A DNA stretch of 64,000 nt from Chiloscyllium plagiosum (Eukaryota), in NCBI RefSeq assembly GCF_004010195.1, contig NC_057728.1, forward strand, positions 48,394,077 through 48,458,076, given 5' to 3'. A program made the translations under genes and the position numbers. Positions 1-13,139 of the stretch are shown piece by piece (within the stretch, counting starts at the first letter, position 1; every line of letters begins with the position of its first letter). The notes under the pieces are model-generated. The model worked only from the letters and a program-made list of their open reading frames with translations, was not told the DNA's origin and did no database searches.

Positions 1-729
1 CTTAAACATTTATGCAGCTAAAGGGAATGTTGGTTAAAGATACCGTAGTTAGTGCTTATTTTATTCCAGGCACACCAGCCTAGGAGCACATCCTTCCTGT
101 ATCTATCCTCTCGAGCTCTTGAAGATTTTTGTTCATTTGAAGTGTTTCATGTTTAGATACTCCAGAGAAGACAGCTTCAAGCTCCTCAATCTCTCCTGCC
201 AGGGCAATGCTGCTGTTAGTATTCAATTCACTGGTGCATGTTACTGGCTGCTTCGTGGACTGGAACTGACAATTGAGACTGAAAGGTTACTGTATAAAAT
301 ATCTTCAATGTTATTGCCAGACGTGAGTGGTTTTAGGAAAATGACCTTGACTTACGGGCATTGAGTGTCAGAGCACTTCCTGTTGTGGGGCATCCTGTTT
401 AGATTCAATCTATTGATATCTATTAGAACTGACTTGCAGTGGCTCAAAGTGGTCAGAGCATTATGGCTGTCATCGAAGCTGGTAACAAACTTCCCATGGT
501 TTCAAAATCGTAAATGATAGAGTAGGTACGAGGTCTGATGACACTGTTGGAGTACTGATGTTGTTGTTAATCACATTAACTCGGCAGGAGTTGACTGAAT
601 TTATATTGTCTCTTTCTGAATCTCAAGATGTCTCTCTGGGCAATATGTCTCCAATAAACAGCAATGTGACAATGCACAGGGATCATCTGTTTTGATTTAA
701 ATTGGAGTCCAGCCTTGGTCAACAGCCAG

Positions 730-993
730 TGTGGAGTTTGCACATTCCCCTATGATTGTGTGGGCCCCCTCCAGGTGCTCTGGTTTCCTTGCACAGTTCA
801 AATATTTGTGGGTTAGGTGGGTCATTTGTGCGAAATTGTCCACAGTGTCCAGGATTGTGCAGAATAGGTGGATCAGCCATGGGAAATGCAGTGGTACAAG
901 GATGGAGTGCTCCAGGTGGGATGCTCTTTGGATGGTTGGTGGGGTTTGATGGGTCAATTCTCTCATGCCACACTGTTGGGATTCTATTCTATG
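730..993 (+). mobile_element. HE1/V-SINE-like SINE, 5'-degraded
   Basis: gtggagtttgcacattc...caggtgctctggtttcct V-domain-like core and ...gggattctattctatg tail. Confidence 0.75.
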
Positions 994-1031
994 ATTGAGG
1001 ATAAAGGCTATTCTATGATTGAGGATAAAGC
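984..1031. repeat. 24-bp tandem duplication (ctattctatgattgaggataaag[g/c]) x2
   Basis: Directly visible at the SINE tail. Confidence 0.9.
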
Positions 1032-1089
1032 AGGGTGTCCTTGGAGAAGGAGCATGTGGTATGTATCAATGCTCTCGATGCCTTTAGAT

Positions 1090-1808
1090 GGGGTACTGGG
1101 CTAATGGTCGGATACTTGGTAGTGTGGATGAGCAGAGGGATCTTGGTGTCCATGTACACAGATCTCTGAAAGTTGCCATCCAGGTAAATAGTGCGGTGAG
1201 GAAGGCATATGGCGTACTGGCTTTTATTGGTAGAGGAATTGAGTTCCGGAGTCCTGAGGTCATGATGCAGTTGTATAAGACTCTGGTGCGGCCGCATCTG
1301 GAATATTGTGTGCAGTTTTGGTCGCCATACTATAGGAAGGATTTGGAGGCACTGGAACGGGTGCAGAGGAGGTTTACCAGGATGTTGCCTGGTATGGAAG
1401 GAAGATCGTATGAGGAAAGACTGAGACACTTGGGGCTGTTTTCATTAGAGAAAGGAAGGTTTAGGGGTGACTTGATTGAGGTGTACAAGATGATTAGGGG
1501 GTTAGATAGGGTTGACAGTGTGAACCTTTTTCCGCGTATGGAGTCGGGTATTACAAGAGGGCATAGCTATAAATTAAGGTGGGGGGGGTAGATATAGGAC
1601 TGAAGTTGGGGTAGGTTCTTCACTCAGCGAGTCGTCAGTTCATGGAATGCCTTGCCAGTAGCAGTGGTGGACTCTCCCTCTTTATGGGCATTTAAGCGGG
1701 CATTGGATAGGTATATGGAGGATAGTGGGTTAGTATAGGTTAGGTGGGCTTGGATCGGCGCAACATCGAGGGCCAAAGGGCCTGTACTGCGCTGTATTCT
1801 TCTATGAT
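1090..1808 (+). mobile_element. CR1/HER1-type LINE 3' fragment (RT C-terminus and 3' UTR), relatively young
   Basis: ORF 1088..1591 with RDLGV, LVRPHLEYCVQFWSP, LERVQRRFTRM and RGDLIEVYKM motifs; ends in a ttctatg tail. Confidence 0.92.
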
Positions 1809-2309
1809 GTTGAATTTCATGGATGGGTCACAGAATACCCAATTTCTGACTTGTTCTAGTAGCTCCAGCATTTATGCTATGGTGATTGCGAGATGCTAAC
1901 AGTGGGAGATTCAGTGATAGTGGCACCATTAAACACCAAAGGACAGTAGAAGACCCTTTCTCGGCAAAGTTTGGTAAGAGACATACCATACACCAGTCCT
2001 AGTCTGGATGTTGCCCATATCTAGCTGCAAGTAAACTTTAACTGTTGCATTATAACTGTTTGTGAATTGTACAAACTAAGTAATAAAGCACCCATGAGTG
2101 TCTCTTAATGCAGCAAAAAGGCATTTAAGCTGTGTTAATAAACTGTGTCACAGAGTTATTACTGTACAGCATGATGGAGGCCATGTGTTAACTGCCATGA
2201 AATGTATTGTCACTTGTTTATTTTCCTACACAGTCGATAGGTTAGATGTAGAGAAGATAATTTCACAGAAGTCTAAAACTAAGGCCATAATTATTAGATA
2301 AATAGTTGT

Positions 2310-2510
2310 TAGATAACAGAAGTTGAGAATTGCCAAAGACTTTCATCCTGCACTCATCAAGACCATTTAAAGAATTCCAATAAAAGGGGATAAACAACTG
2401 AATTGATAACTGTTGCATTCTCCATATCAATGCTTCTACCAATCAGCACTCTCCTCTCATACAATATATAAATGTCGGTTTTCCTCTTCATTAATGTTTT
2501 TGTGAATTAG
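2310..2510. mobile_element. Degenerate PLE-like remnant with decayed hammerhead motif (same family as 46440-46700)
   Basis: Minus strand reads gtcTTGATGAgtgcaggatGAAAgtc; flanking sequence resembles 46520-46665. Confidence 0.5.
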
Positions 2511-4237
2511 TTAACTAGGAGCCATTGAGAGGTGGGGTCCTTGTCAATTTGTAGAGTGTGGATTATGTTCTAGAAGGAGCTATGGGATTCCAGACAAATG
2601 TGTGGAGCTTTTATTCTTAAAGGTCCTATGTCAACAGGAATGCTTTGTTTGTTGTTACTGGCAGTGTTCTTTGAGGAGGGTATTTTCATATATGCATGCA
2701 TAGGAAGCCACTCACGTTGCATTCATCCCAACATTCCAGAAATAATGCTCCTGTTTTGCAGCTCCAAAGCCGGGCTAAGGAGAATACGCTGTTGGGTAGA
2801 TGAGGATGAATGAAGCTAAGCTACATATGTGGGCTCTGCTAGCCTGAATGGTACCCATAAATTTCCATATGGCATTCCCTCATCTGGATCTTGGCTTCAA
2901 TGTACTAGTGATGATATTGGTAAGTCAATGTACAGTCAAGAGTAATATCAACATGTTTTGTTGTTAAGTCGTGGCTGACTGTGGAATCGAAGATTAAGAT
3001 TTTCCTTGGCTTTAAAAATTTATAAGTGCAAGGCTGAACTGTCCAAGATTGGACTCAGGATATTTAGCACAAGGTGTTCCAGGACTTTATTGTCATTGAG
3101 AGCTAGGTGGTGACTCCATGGGTTGATGAGTAGTTTGTCTGGTGTGAAAATGGCGACCATTTCAGGTTTACACTAGGAGATTAGAATAACATCCGTGGTG
3201 TGAGAGGTAAATATGAGCTTCAAACAGCTTCATTAGCACTTCTTTCTCTATGGGTTGATGTTTTTCAGGAATTCTGAATAATATTGAATCCTGCCGCTTT
3301 ATTTGACTTTGCAGTCCACTATCAGTTGTCTGCGATGATGTGTCAATAGCTGTTCTGGTATAGTTTTGAAAGGCTAGAGCTGATTTTTACTGTCTGCTTA
3401 TCTCCCCAGCTGGCTGGTATCTCAGACCCTAATCACGAGCTCCAAAGTTATAGTTTCAATTTTGACTTTGGATCAGTGGTATAATTGTTTTGCAATCACA
3501 GGATGACACAGGGGTTTCCATGCCTTCTGATTTACTTCATAAATGAAATGAGGAATAGTTCAAATCATAACAGTGGTCATCCAAGTCTAACCATCCCTCA
3601 TTTAACGAGCTTCTGCCCTGAGTACTTTACGTCTGGTGGCATCACAAGCATTCAGGTATTGTGTATTAAATGGAACTGCTGAATGGATTGTTCATTTCAA
3701 CATTGAGTTTTATCTGTTTCCTCAGCCATGTGAATCCAAAATACAAAGGGGAAGGTAGATAAACATGATAGAAAAAGAAAATAAGTAGTATATATTACTT
3801 CACCTCACTGCATCAAAGCCCTTGGACCATAAGTGCTGTAACATACCAGCAGGGCCAAATGTGTACTGTAAACTCAATATACTTGTGTGGTTGGCATAAT
3901 TTACAAGTGACTGCAACAGAGGAGGTACTTATTGACTCCTCTTTTCTGCTCTCCTAACCATTTATTTGTACTTTTTCCAGAAGAAAAACTTCAACCGGAA
4001 ATCCTGTTCAGTACTGGAATAAAGTGGTCTCCTATGAATATGACAGAAAGCCTCAGAAAATGGATAATCTGTACATTAAGAATTCATTCTTACAATTAAG
4101 CTTTTTTTAAAAAGTGAATACAGTTTTATTAATGCTTTTCTTTGCAGCTTGAAGTTCAAATGGTAATTATTAAACTTGATATTGTTTTCTAATTTCTAAA
4201 CAGATCGTTAGTGTTAATACTCTTCATAGACACTTAC

Positions 4238-4362
4238 AGATTTGCTGTCATCATTACTTGAAGTTGGATCCTTATAGTTGGAACCAGGAAGTGCAGGGAA
4301 ATCTTCATTGTGGATTGAGAAGTCCTGGGACTGTTCATTTGCTGGTTTTGTCACCATCCCAA
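4238..4362 (-). CDS. CNOT2: CNOT2 coding exon (125 nt): (V)GMVTKPANEQSQDFSIHNEDFPALPGSNYKDPTSSNDDSKS
   Basis: Manual translation; tag acceptor and gtaagt donor; contains the conserved DFSIHNEDFPALPG motif; follows a 24,130-nt intron. Confidence 0.97.
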
Positions 4363-7300
4363 CTACATCACGCAAACAAAGCCATGTTAGCCCCGAATCT
4401 GATTATAGTACATTGTAACATGATCAACCTTTTTAACACCATTGTACTAATCACCCAAGGCACCTGTAGTCCTATTTTAAAATCTTAATTCTCCAACCAG
4501 GAATTTCCTGGTCCAAATCCTTGCAGTACCAAAACATTTCAACATGAGTAAATCCCCTTGAGGAAGGAACTTATCTCAGGCAGTCAACCTACCCAAATGC
4601 TAAAATGGCTTCAGCATTAGCATGAAGTCATTAGTGCAAAAGACTGGTCTGTGCCTGCAGGATTTTGACAAACTGGCCCCATGCCAACCAAAGAAAACTA
4701 AACAGCTTTTAAAAGGCTGACTGCAAGAAACTTGACTTTTTTGGCCACTAAACAATATCTATTCAGTTAGATGAGAATGGATTTTCATGTCAAATCATCA
4801 AATCACTTAATGACTTTGCAGACAAATAGCAAATAAACACTGACACCAGCCATATGAATATTTAACACAAAAGTAAAGGTTGAAACTAATTTTAGATAAA
4901 ACTAAATAGGAAATGTACAGCAGCTAACTCATGCCAGGATTTTGCTGCTACTGTAGCTTAATCTTATGATCTTAAGTTAATTGAAATTCTGATGACTAGA
5001 AGGAAAAGGAGCAAGAGTAGGCCATTCAGCCCATTAAGCCTGATCTGCCATTCAAGTTGATCATGGCTCATCTAATTGTAGACTTACCTCTACTTTCCTG
5101 CCTACCCCCAATCCTTAATCCTCCATTCTTGTAGATTCAAAATCTAATCCACTTTTTAATGATCCAGCCTCCACAGCAAACCTTGCAACTTTCCCTCCCA
5201 GGCAATCAATCATCAAGTTTAAATATCATAGCAAAATACTCAAATCCTGCTTCATTGTTAAGAATCACCTATAGTCTTGTGATGTTGAAATTCTGAAGGG
5301 GGTATCATATGATTTTCTTCAAGGCAGCTCCAAAAGTCCAGTGTAAGGCTGCCAATGCCAACCTAAAAGTGCCGTGGGAGATCCACTCATAAATAAAGAA
5401 ATAAAAACATTGCATCTACTACATACCTGTCACACATCAGACATCACACTTAGTTCCGAATGCCCAAACATTTTAGGGAAAAACCAATCAATGCGTTGAA
5501 GGTGAAATTAGCCACCTTTCAATCTTTAATAGAATTCTTATCAACTACCAGCACATGGGACTCTATGTCATTTAAAGGCAATTGTTTAATTTGGTATAAT
5601 GTTTCCATCCTTGTAATACAGGCATAATTTGCCTTAGAGTTAGCATCGCTGAAATTTTTGCTGCTAATTTTAATAAAAAAATGTAAGAAAGGCGAAAAAT
5701 ATTCATATATTCCCATTCAACATTCTTCTACCTGAAAAATGACTGTTATCATTCAAAAAAAAAATCCGTGGTTCCCTCACTCCAATTGGAACCTGGTCCT
5801 TAGTGTGAGTGGAAGCTGACAGTGTGGAGTAGAGTTTCCAGGTTGCACCAAAACCCAAATTAAACCACTACTATGTAGACTTATTGGTAATCTACTTACA
5901 AGTTTATTTGTTCATCCACCACCTGTTTGGTAACAGGCAAATGTTAATTGATATTTTGAACAGTTAAGATCCTTCCCTTATTTAAATTTAGTCATGCTGC
6001 AATGTACAAAAGTTGTTTATACATTTTCATAACTTATTGATCATAATCAATCCAGTGTATATAAATAGAACAAACTGGCTTACAGTGAGTTAGACAATCC
6101 ACTGAAGTTTGACAGGAGCCCAGTGTGATGTCTTCAGAAAGCACATACTATATGCAAATATAATAAGTATCCAAACTCATAAAAAAGGAGTTTTACCCAT
6201 TAAAATTAAGAACTTAAATTATTGTACAACTTAAATTCAACTTTACTACACAAAATAACAGACACCAATAACATATACAGGAACTGAAATTTAAGGTGGT
6301 GAACATAATATACAAAAGCCTAACATTTCTGTTCTTTTAATATCACATTTAGTCCCAGAAATAAGTATCATTTTTAAGAATACAATGGAATCTAATTAAA
6401 TGTGCAAGTACAAATGAAGTGCAAAATTCTTCATTCGAATTCACATATTATGCAAGTGATCAAAATGCAACATTTGATATGATGAAACTGTCCTAGTACT
6501 GTAGGAAAATCCAAAACAGGAAAATAATGAGGGATCACTTCAAATGAATAGTCATTAATCACAATAACCACTCATCATCAGTATTCTCCACTTAAACTAT
6601 GAATTAACCCTCCTGCTGAAATGGATTTACTTTACTCATTACAGAAACTGTACCATACACTTATTTTTAAAAAAAGTAGTTCCAGGTCAGAACTTGCCGA
6701 TCTAGTCCAGTAACAAAATAAAATAAAAACTCAGCTACATAACCCTTTTCCAAAAGTATGTACATTTTGAATCGGATTCAAAATAATGGCCTGTTAAAAG
6801 AATGCAACATCCTATTTCATTTTTAAAAAAATACTGATTTATTGTTGCAAGAAACAACTGGAAGTATAGGTGACCTACTATGACTTAATAAATGCTCTCA
6901 CTTCAGGTCAATAAGGCAAACTACCTGAATTCTATTTATAAGAATTCTACGACATCCCTGATACAGAACTACTTTCTGAAATATTTGAAAATTTAGGCAT
7001 TTCAACCTAACATTGAGTGTAGATTGTAATCAACAACCACCAGTGTAAACCATTAGAAGATTTAAACCCAGAAACTATTTATTTTCAGGCTAAGTGCAGC
7101 AGCACTGATTTCATTTTAAAATAAAACTAGATAGATTAATAATTAGTGTTAGAGTTTAAAGCATATTACTTTGCTATTGGATATTTGTAAAGTTGCTGAA
7201 TATAAATCCAACTCCAAACAATTACTGCAACCAAAGAATTGCAGTTGTCCATATTCTCAATTCAATGACACCATAATTGGCTAGGCATAACACTTACTGA

Positions 7301-7914
7301 AACAGACAGCTATGGAATTATTGTACAAAATAGCTTAAATATAATTAAATGAGCAAAATACCCCACAGGTACCATAAGATGGAGTTCTAAATATAGTACA
7401 GTTCTCGAATGATTACTTAGAAGGAAGAAAACATGTCTATTGGGCATTCAAGCTATAAACAAAATAAGTTTGGCAAAACTAGGAATCCTCCCACATCAGC
7501 AAGTTTTGTTACCGAAAAATGTATAATTGCTAAACAAAATTTGCTATCAGAAAATATGGAGCTGCAAAAGAAAGTAAATGAAATTTGGAGAATTAATGAT
7601 AGACCGAGTTTCCACTTCCTGTTGTTTAAAATGGTTTGTTGCACTACTATGTCATAGAAATTTTGAGAATATTGTGAACTGTGCCTTAATGGATTGTATT
7701 AAGTTGATGGTCATACATTGAAATTACATTCAAAGTTTAATACATGCAAGAATAATAAATGGTTTATTTGAGAAAGATAATTTAAGAGTATTGCTTGTGT
7801 CAACAGAAGAATACAACAGAGCACATCAAGATGCGTATACTAAATTAGTTTGTGTCTATGAAACTTGACAAGCTTTTTAAGAACATCATCAAATAATTGC
7901 AGATCACAGCCATA

Positions 7915-8120
7915 AATAAAACCAGAAAATGGTGGAAATACTCAGCAGGTCAGGGAGCATCTGTGGAGAGAAAAACAGAATTAACATTTCAGATCAAGAA
8001 AATTCCATCAACTATGCTAACTCTGTTCCTCTCCCAGCAGATACTGTAGTGTATGATCTGCTGAGTATTTCCATTTTATTTTTGTTTCAGATTTCCATTA
8101 TTAGCAGGATTTTGATTTTG
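7915..8120. mobile_element. Old inverted-repeat mini-element (PLE pLTR-derived)
   Basis: ggaaatactcagcaggtca arm and complementary tgatctgctgagtatttcc arm; same family as 63725-63920 and 16730-16900. Confidence 0.65.
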
Positions 8121-8529
8121 ATTTTGTATGAGTGAGACAGTGACAAACATGATCAGTCTGACAACCTGTTTTCAAAACTTAATTGACATGGAATACATCA
8201 ATGCATGAAATTTGATACAAATTTGACAGTATTTATCAAAACATCATCATTAGGGAGCAACAGCTTGATTTACAAGATAGAAATCTAATTACTTTCGTAA
8301 TATGTGCTTGTATGAAAATATAGTACAAATATAAAAAGTTTGAAATATACACAATAACAAAATAGCCCACAGCAATGTTCAAGTCTTTTTTTGGGAAAGA
8401 CAATGCCATGGAGAAACAAAATAATCTATAAAAGTTGAAATGGAGTCAAAACTCCACAACAAAATTTCAGTACTCAATCCATTCTGCTGCCCCCTCCTTA
8501 CTCAACTTTAGTAGATCATGTGTATTTAT

Positions 8530-8850
8530 TTAGAATCATAAAATCTCTTCAGTGTGGAAGCTGGCCACTAGGCCCATCAAGTCTACACTGACCCTCTGAA
8601 GAACATCCCACCCAATCCGACCCAAACCCACCCCCCAACCCTATCCTGTTAATCTTGCATTTCCCATGGCCAATCCACCTAACCAGCATATCTTTGGAAT
8701 TTTGGAGGAAGCCACAGTACCCAGAGGAAGCTCACACAGATATGGGGAGAATGTGCAAATTCCACACAGACAGTCGCCTGAGGTGGAATTGAACCTGGAT
8801 TTCTGGCTCTCTGAGGTAGCAGTGCTAACCACTGAGCCATTGTGCCACCT
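8530..8850 (-). mobile_element. HE1/V-SINE tRNA-derived SINE
   Basis: Minus strand starts ggtggcacaatggctcagtggttagcactgct (A box), then ggttcaattcc (B box), V-domain and CR1-like tail. Confidence 0.88.
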
Positions 8851-10654
8851 CTTTAAGAGGACTTACGGCATTTAACATGCCACATTTACAACAGTCACAG
8901 ATAAGAGATTACAGTAGAGTACTTGGCGTAACACCAAGATCATCCAAGTGGTATTTCAAAAATGGCATGTATGTGTAAATAAAAGCCTGGACAATGATAT
9001 GTTAATAATTCCAACAAAGTTACATTTGAACGCAACTCAGTAGGCTCAAATCAGTTGCAGCAACAGCTACAGTAAAATCAAAATTACACTTGAAGAAAAA
9101 TATTCTGTGAATGGAAGAACATAATCATAAGAGTTTATGTTCCTTTCTACAGCCCAAAATTTAGTAAAGTTAAAAATCAAATGTTGCTGGATCAAAACCA
9201 AAAGACAATAGGCTAGGTATAGCCACACTGAATTTTGAAACAAATCAGGCTCATCACAGTTCCTTCTAAATTCTTGTTAAAAAACCTTCAATTTTTTTTT
9301 AGTGAAAAGCAACTATCTGTGAATCAGCAGGCAGATGCAAGATATGCTCATTAACATCAGCCAAATGCATATTCATAAAGATGTATATGATTAAACATAA
9401 AACAAACATCAATGTTAGCTTTACCATTCTCATCAACAGCTAACAGCATAAGAACATAAATAGCGTACCCTGCATTTTCTGAAATTTTTGACTTCCAATT
9501 GTTTAGCCTGATGTAATTACTTTAAGAACGTTATCAAGTCATGGATATTTTCTTTCTATGCTAAATCAGTATCAGAACATGCTAAGAGTACTTCATTTTT
9601 GAATGTGCTTTAAACTAAAATCACATTAGGTCAAGACATATTTTAAATGAATGTTGGCGGCATTTGACATTGAAGGTCCCTACCTGATTTCTGTAGACGG
9701 GACACACGGACAGTTCCCAGCATGCCCATTTTCGAAAGGAACCCAGTGTCTGATGAGAGGAAGTCACTTATGAAGTTTTGTTAAAATCTAAAAACGTTTT
9801 TTAAACTTACTGAGGTGACAAGTCCTACACGTATGTACGCAAGCTCTTCAGCACATCTATTTTCAAAAATAAGCAAAGGCCACAGAAGATAAAGCCTAAT
9901 TCAAGCTGAGTGAAAATACAACAAGTTATTTAGATGGCAAAATTATTATTCAACATTTATACAAATATTGCATCACAGCATGGTTTTCCAGCAGATTTAC
10001 TATAAAAAGATTGACGAAAAACCTAGTGACAATCCAATAAGGTGTGGCATATTGACGTGATTCAACAATGTTTATTCGTAAATGGCGCAATTGGCTTCTG
10101 ATGGGACCATTTTCAGAAGGAGACCAGACTTTCACAAGAAGTGATCAGTTTTTGTTAAGATAAAACAGACATAATGAAGTGCAACAAAGCACTGGCGACC
10201 AGTGACATGGGAGGATTTCAAAAATGTTAAACAAAATTTACACTACTTTGCTTTGCACTCAATGCTACCTACAACAGATATTCAAATATATTTCAACTAA
10301 ATTCAAATGGTAATAATATGCATAACCATTACCAGATAAACAATGACTGAGGAAAAGTCTATGGAACTTTAAACTTTTTTCAAATATTCTAAACTTTTAT
10401 TGTAATTTTGAAGACTCAAGAGTGAAGGATTGGATTTTTTTAAAATACTAAAGGCAATAGGTATTTTGTGGCAACTATCAATTTAAACAGATTGCTGACT
10501 GACCTGTCAAAGCCTTTCTTTCTTCTGCTCCAGATGTTAATCTATAGCGACCTTCCAACACTACTGGATTTTGTTACTCCACAAACACTTTCCGCTGGGA
10601 AGTGGTACAAAATAAAGGTCACCAACTTCTGGGCCTTGGCCAATTCTATAATTA

Positions 10655-12207
10655 GCGAGTTTTGAGAAGATTTGTAGTTCAGGTTAAGGTTCTGGAGGTA
10701 GCTTTGCTCGCTGAGTCAAAGTTCATTTCCAGACATTTCGTCCCCCTACTAGGTAACATGTTCAACTGGCCTCAGGCGAAGCACTGCTGGTAAGTCCTGC
10801 TTTCTATTTATATGTTTGGGTTGGTGACGTCATTTCCTGTGGTGAAGTCACTTCCTGTTCTTTTTCTCGGGGGTGGTAGATGGGGTCTAACTCGGTGTGT
10901 TTGTTGATAGAGTTCCGGTTGGAATGCCATGCTTCTAGGAATTCTCGTGCATGTCTCTGTTTGGCTTGTCCTAGGATGGATGTGTTGTCCCAGTCAAAGT
11001 GGTGTCCTTCCATCCGTATGTAAGGATACTAGTGAGAGAGGGTCATGTCGTTTTGTGGCTAGTTGGCACTCATTATCCTGGTGGCTAGCTTTCTGCCTGT
11101 TTGTCCAATGTAGTGTTTGTTAGAGTCCTTGTATGGTATTTTGTAAATGACATTAGTTTTGATTGTTGTCTGTATAGGGTTTTTCAAGTTGATTAGTTGC
11201 TGTTTTAGTGTAGTGGTGGGTTTGTGGGCAACCTTGATGCCAAGGAGTCTGAGTAGTCTGGCAGTCATTTCAGAGATGTCTTTGATGTAGGGGAGGGTGG
11301 TTAGGGTTTCTGGACATATTTTGTCAGCTTGTTTGAGTTGTTGCTGAGAAATTGGCGGACTGTGTTCATTGAGTACCCATTCTTTTTGAATAGATGGTGT
11401 AGGTGATTTTCCTCTGCTCTGCGTAGTTCCTCTGTGCTGCAGTTGTGTTGGCTCGTTGAAATAATGTTCTGATGCAACTTTGTTTGTGGATGTTGGGATG
11501 ATTGATTCTGTAGATCAATATTTGGTCCATATGTGTAATCTTCCTGTAGACGCTGGTTTGAAGTTCTCCATTGGCTGTTCTCTCTACTGTGACATCTAGG
11601 AATGGCAGTATGTTGTTGCCAATGACTGCCAGTCTACTCAGACCCCTTGGCATATTGGTAGCCCACAAACCCACCAACACACTAAACACTCAACTTGAAA
11701 AACCTTATACAGACAACAAGCAAAACTAATGTCATTTACAAAATACTGTGCAAGAACTCTAACAAACACTACATTGGACAAACAGGCAAAAAACTAGCCA
11801 CCAGGATACATGAGCACCAACTAGCCACAAAACAATATGACCTTCTCTCACTAGTATCCTTATATACGGATGAGGAAGGACACCACTTTGACTGGGATAA
11901 CACATCCATCCTAGGACAAGCCAAACAAAGAGATGCACGAGAATTCCTAGAAGCATGGCACTCCAACCGGAACTCTATCAACAAACACGTCGAGTTGGAC
12001 CCCAGCTACCACCCCCGAGAAGAAGAACAGGAAGAAGAACTTCACCACAGGAAATGACATCACCAACCCAAAGAAACTCAAACATATAAATAGAAAGCAG
12101 GACTCATCAGCAGTGCTTTGCCTGATGGCCACTGAAGATGTTATCTAGTAGGGTGACAAAATGTCTGGAAATGAATCTTCCAGCCCAGTGAGCAAACCTA
12201 CATCCAG
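10655..12207. mobile_element. Penelope-like element, 5'-truncated with inversion (RT C-terminus, GIY-YIG endonuclease and pLTR in both orientations)
   Basis: ORFs with LPFLDVTV...TSVYRK (PLE RT end) and NVIYKI..C...KHYIGQTG..LATRIHEH (GIY-YIG); about 10690-11270 is the reverse complement of about 11620-12207. Confidence 0.93.
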
Positions 12208-12349
12208 TTCTAGAATTCTCCAATTCAGTCTATAATTCACCCTTCAAGTGCTGGTATGACTAAATATAGGAGGAAGGTATTTTGGAAAAAAATGAAGTTG
12301 TTTCTTATCATGTTTTCTTTCTCCTATTTTCAATACAGTGGAAACTAAT

Positions 12350-12690
12350 GGGGAGGTGATGGCATGATGGCAATGTCATTGGAACTAGAGGCCCAGGTTA
12401 CTCTTTTAGGATATGGATAGATCTCCCACCACGGCAGATGGTGAAATTTGAATTTAATAAAAATCTGGAATATAGAAAGCTAGCCTATTAGCAACCATGG
12501 AACCACTATAGATGGTTGTTTAAAAAAAAACACAGTTCACTCATGTCCTTTATCGGGAAGAAATCTGCTGTCCTTACCTAGTCTGGTCATGGTTGCTTCT
12601 CAACTTTACTCAATACATGGGCAATTAGTGATGGGCAACAAATGCCAAATTTGCCAGCACACTTCCCGTACAAGAATTAAATTTTTAAAA
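12350..12690 (+). mobile_element. tRNA-headed bipartite SINE (LINE 5' end joined to LINE 3' end), degraded
   Basis: Aligns by eye with 32618-32970 and with both ends of the LINE at 41487-45180. Confidence 0.7.
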
Positions 12691-13087
12691 ATCTAATGAA
12701 TGATTTAGAAATCTTTAGGAAAGGAATTACTTGGTCAATCACGATGCAACTCCATTGCCTACACAATGTATAACATGCAGGGAATAACCTTGCCGCTTTC
12801 TCATGCTCTTATATCAGAAGATGCCATTTGACTGAAAATATTCATTATCAGTGGCAAACTGTAGCAAAATGGTATCAAGTTGTGAAATCATTTTAAAACA
12901 GGAATGAGAATAAATGATCATTGCATTTTATATATCAGCAAGTTCAAACTACGGTGAAATGTTTGGTCTCTGAAAGTAGAAACTCAAAGACACATATCAA
13001 TAATAAAAATTGTTAGTTTATTGGATCCTACTTATTAAGAATGTTTTTCACTCATTGAACATAGAAACTAGTTCATGACATTGATGA

Positions 13088-13139
13088 TTCTGGATCAGTG
13101 GTGCTGGAAGAGCACAGCAATTCAGGCAGCATCCGAGGA
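13088..13139 (-). mobile_element. 52-bp PLE pLTR-tail insertion with 14-bp target-site duplication
   Basis: catgacattgatga at 13074-13087 and 13140-13153; insert closely matches 54682-54727. Confidence 0.85.

Noticed and set aside
3794..3855. Exon-like open segment YTFGPAGMLQHLWSKGFDAV on the minus strand
   Set aside because: Does not resemble the expected next CNOT2 exon (NLNTSGK...GIQVLPDG), has a weak donor and is not frame-preserving
4496..4512. Short palindrome accaggaa-t-ttcctggt upstream of exon 4238-4362
   Set aside because: An 8-bp inverted repeat is expected by chance in 64 kb and has no other support
4985..5010. CTGATGA...GAAA on the plus strand
   Set aside because: No stem II complementarity and no NUH site with stem I; lies at the edge of a CR1 tail fragment
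5787..5847. Hairpin (tggaacctgg / ccaggttgca) considered as an H/ACA snoRNA or pre-miRNA
   Set aside because: Only the outer 10 bp or so pair; the interior has no convincing stem, and I found no second hairpin with H and ACA boxes
9730..9780. GAAA...CTGATGA motif suggesting a permuted hammerhead
   Set aside because: Only 12 nt separate GAAA from CTGATGA, too few for stems I and III, and no GAAA-closed stem II follows
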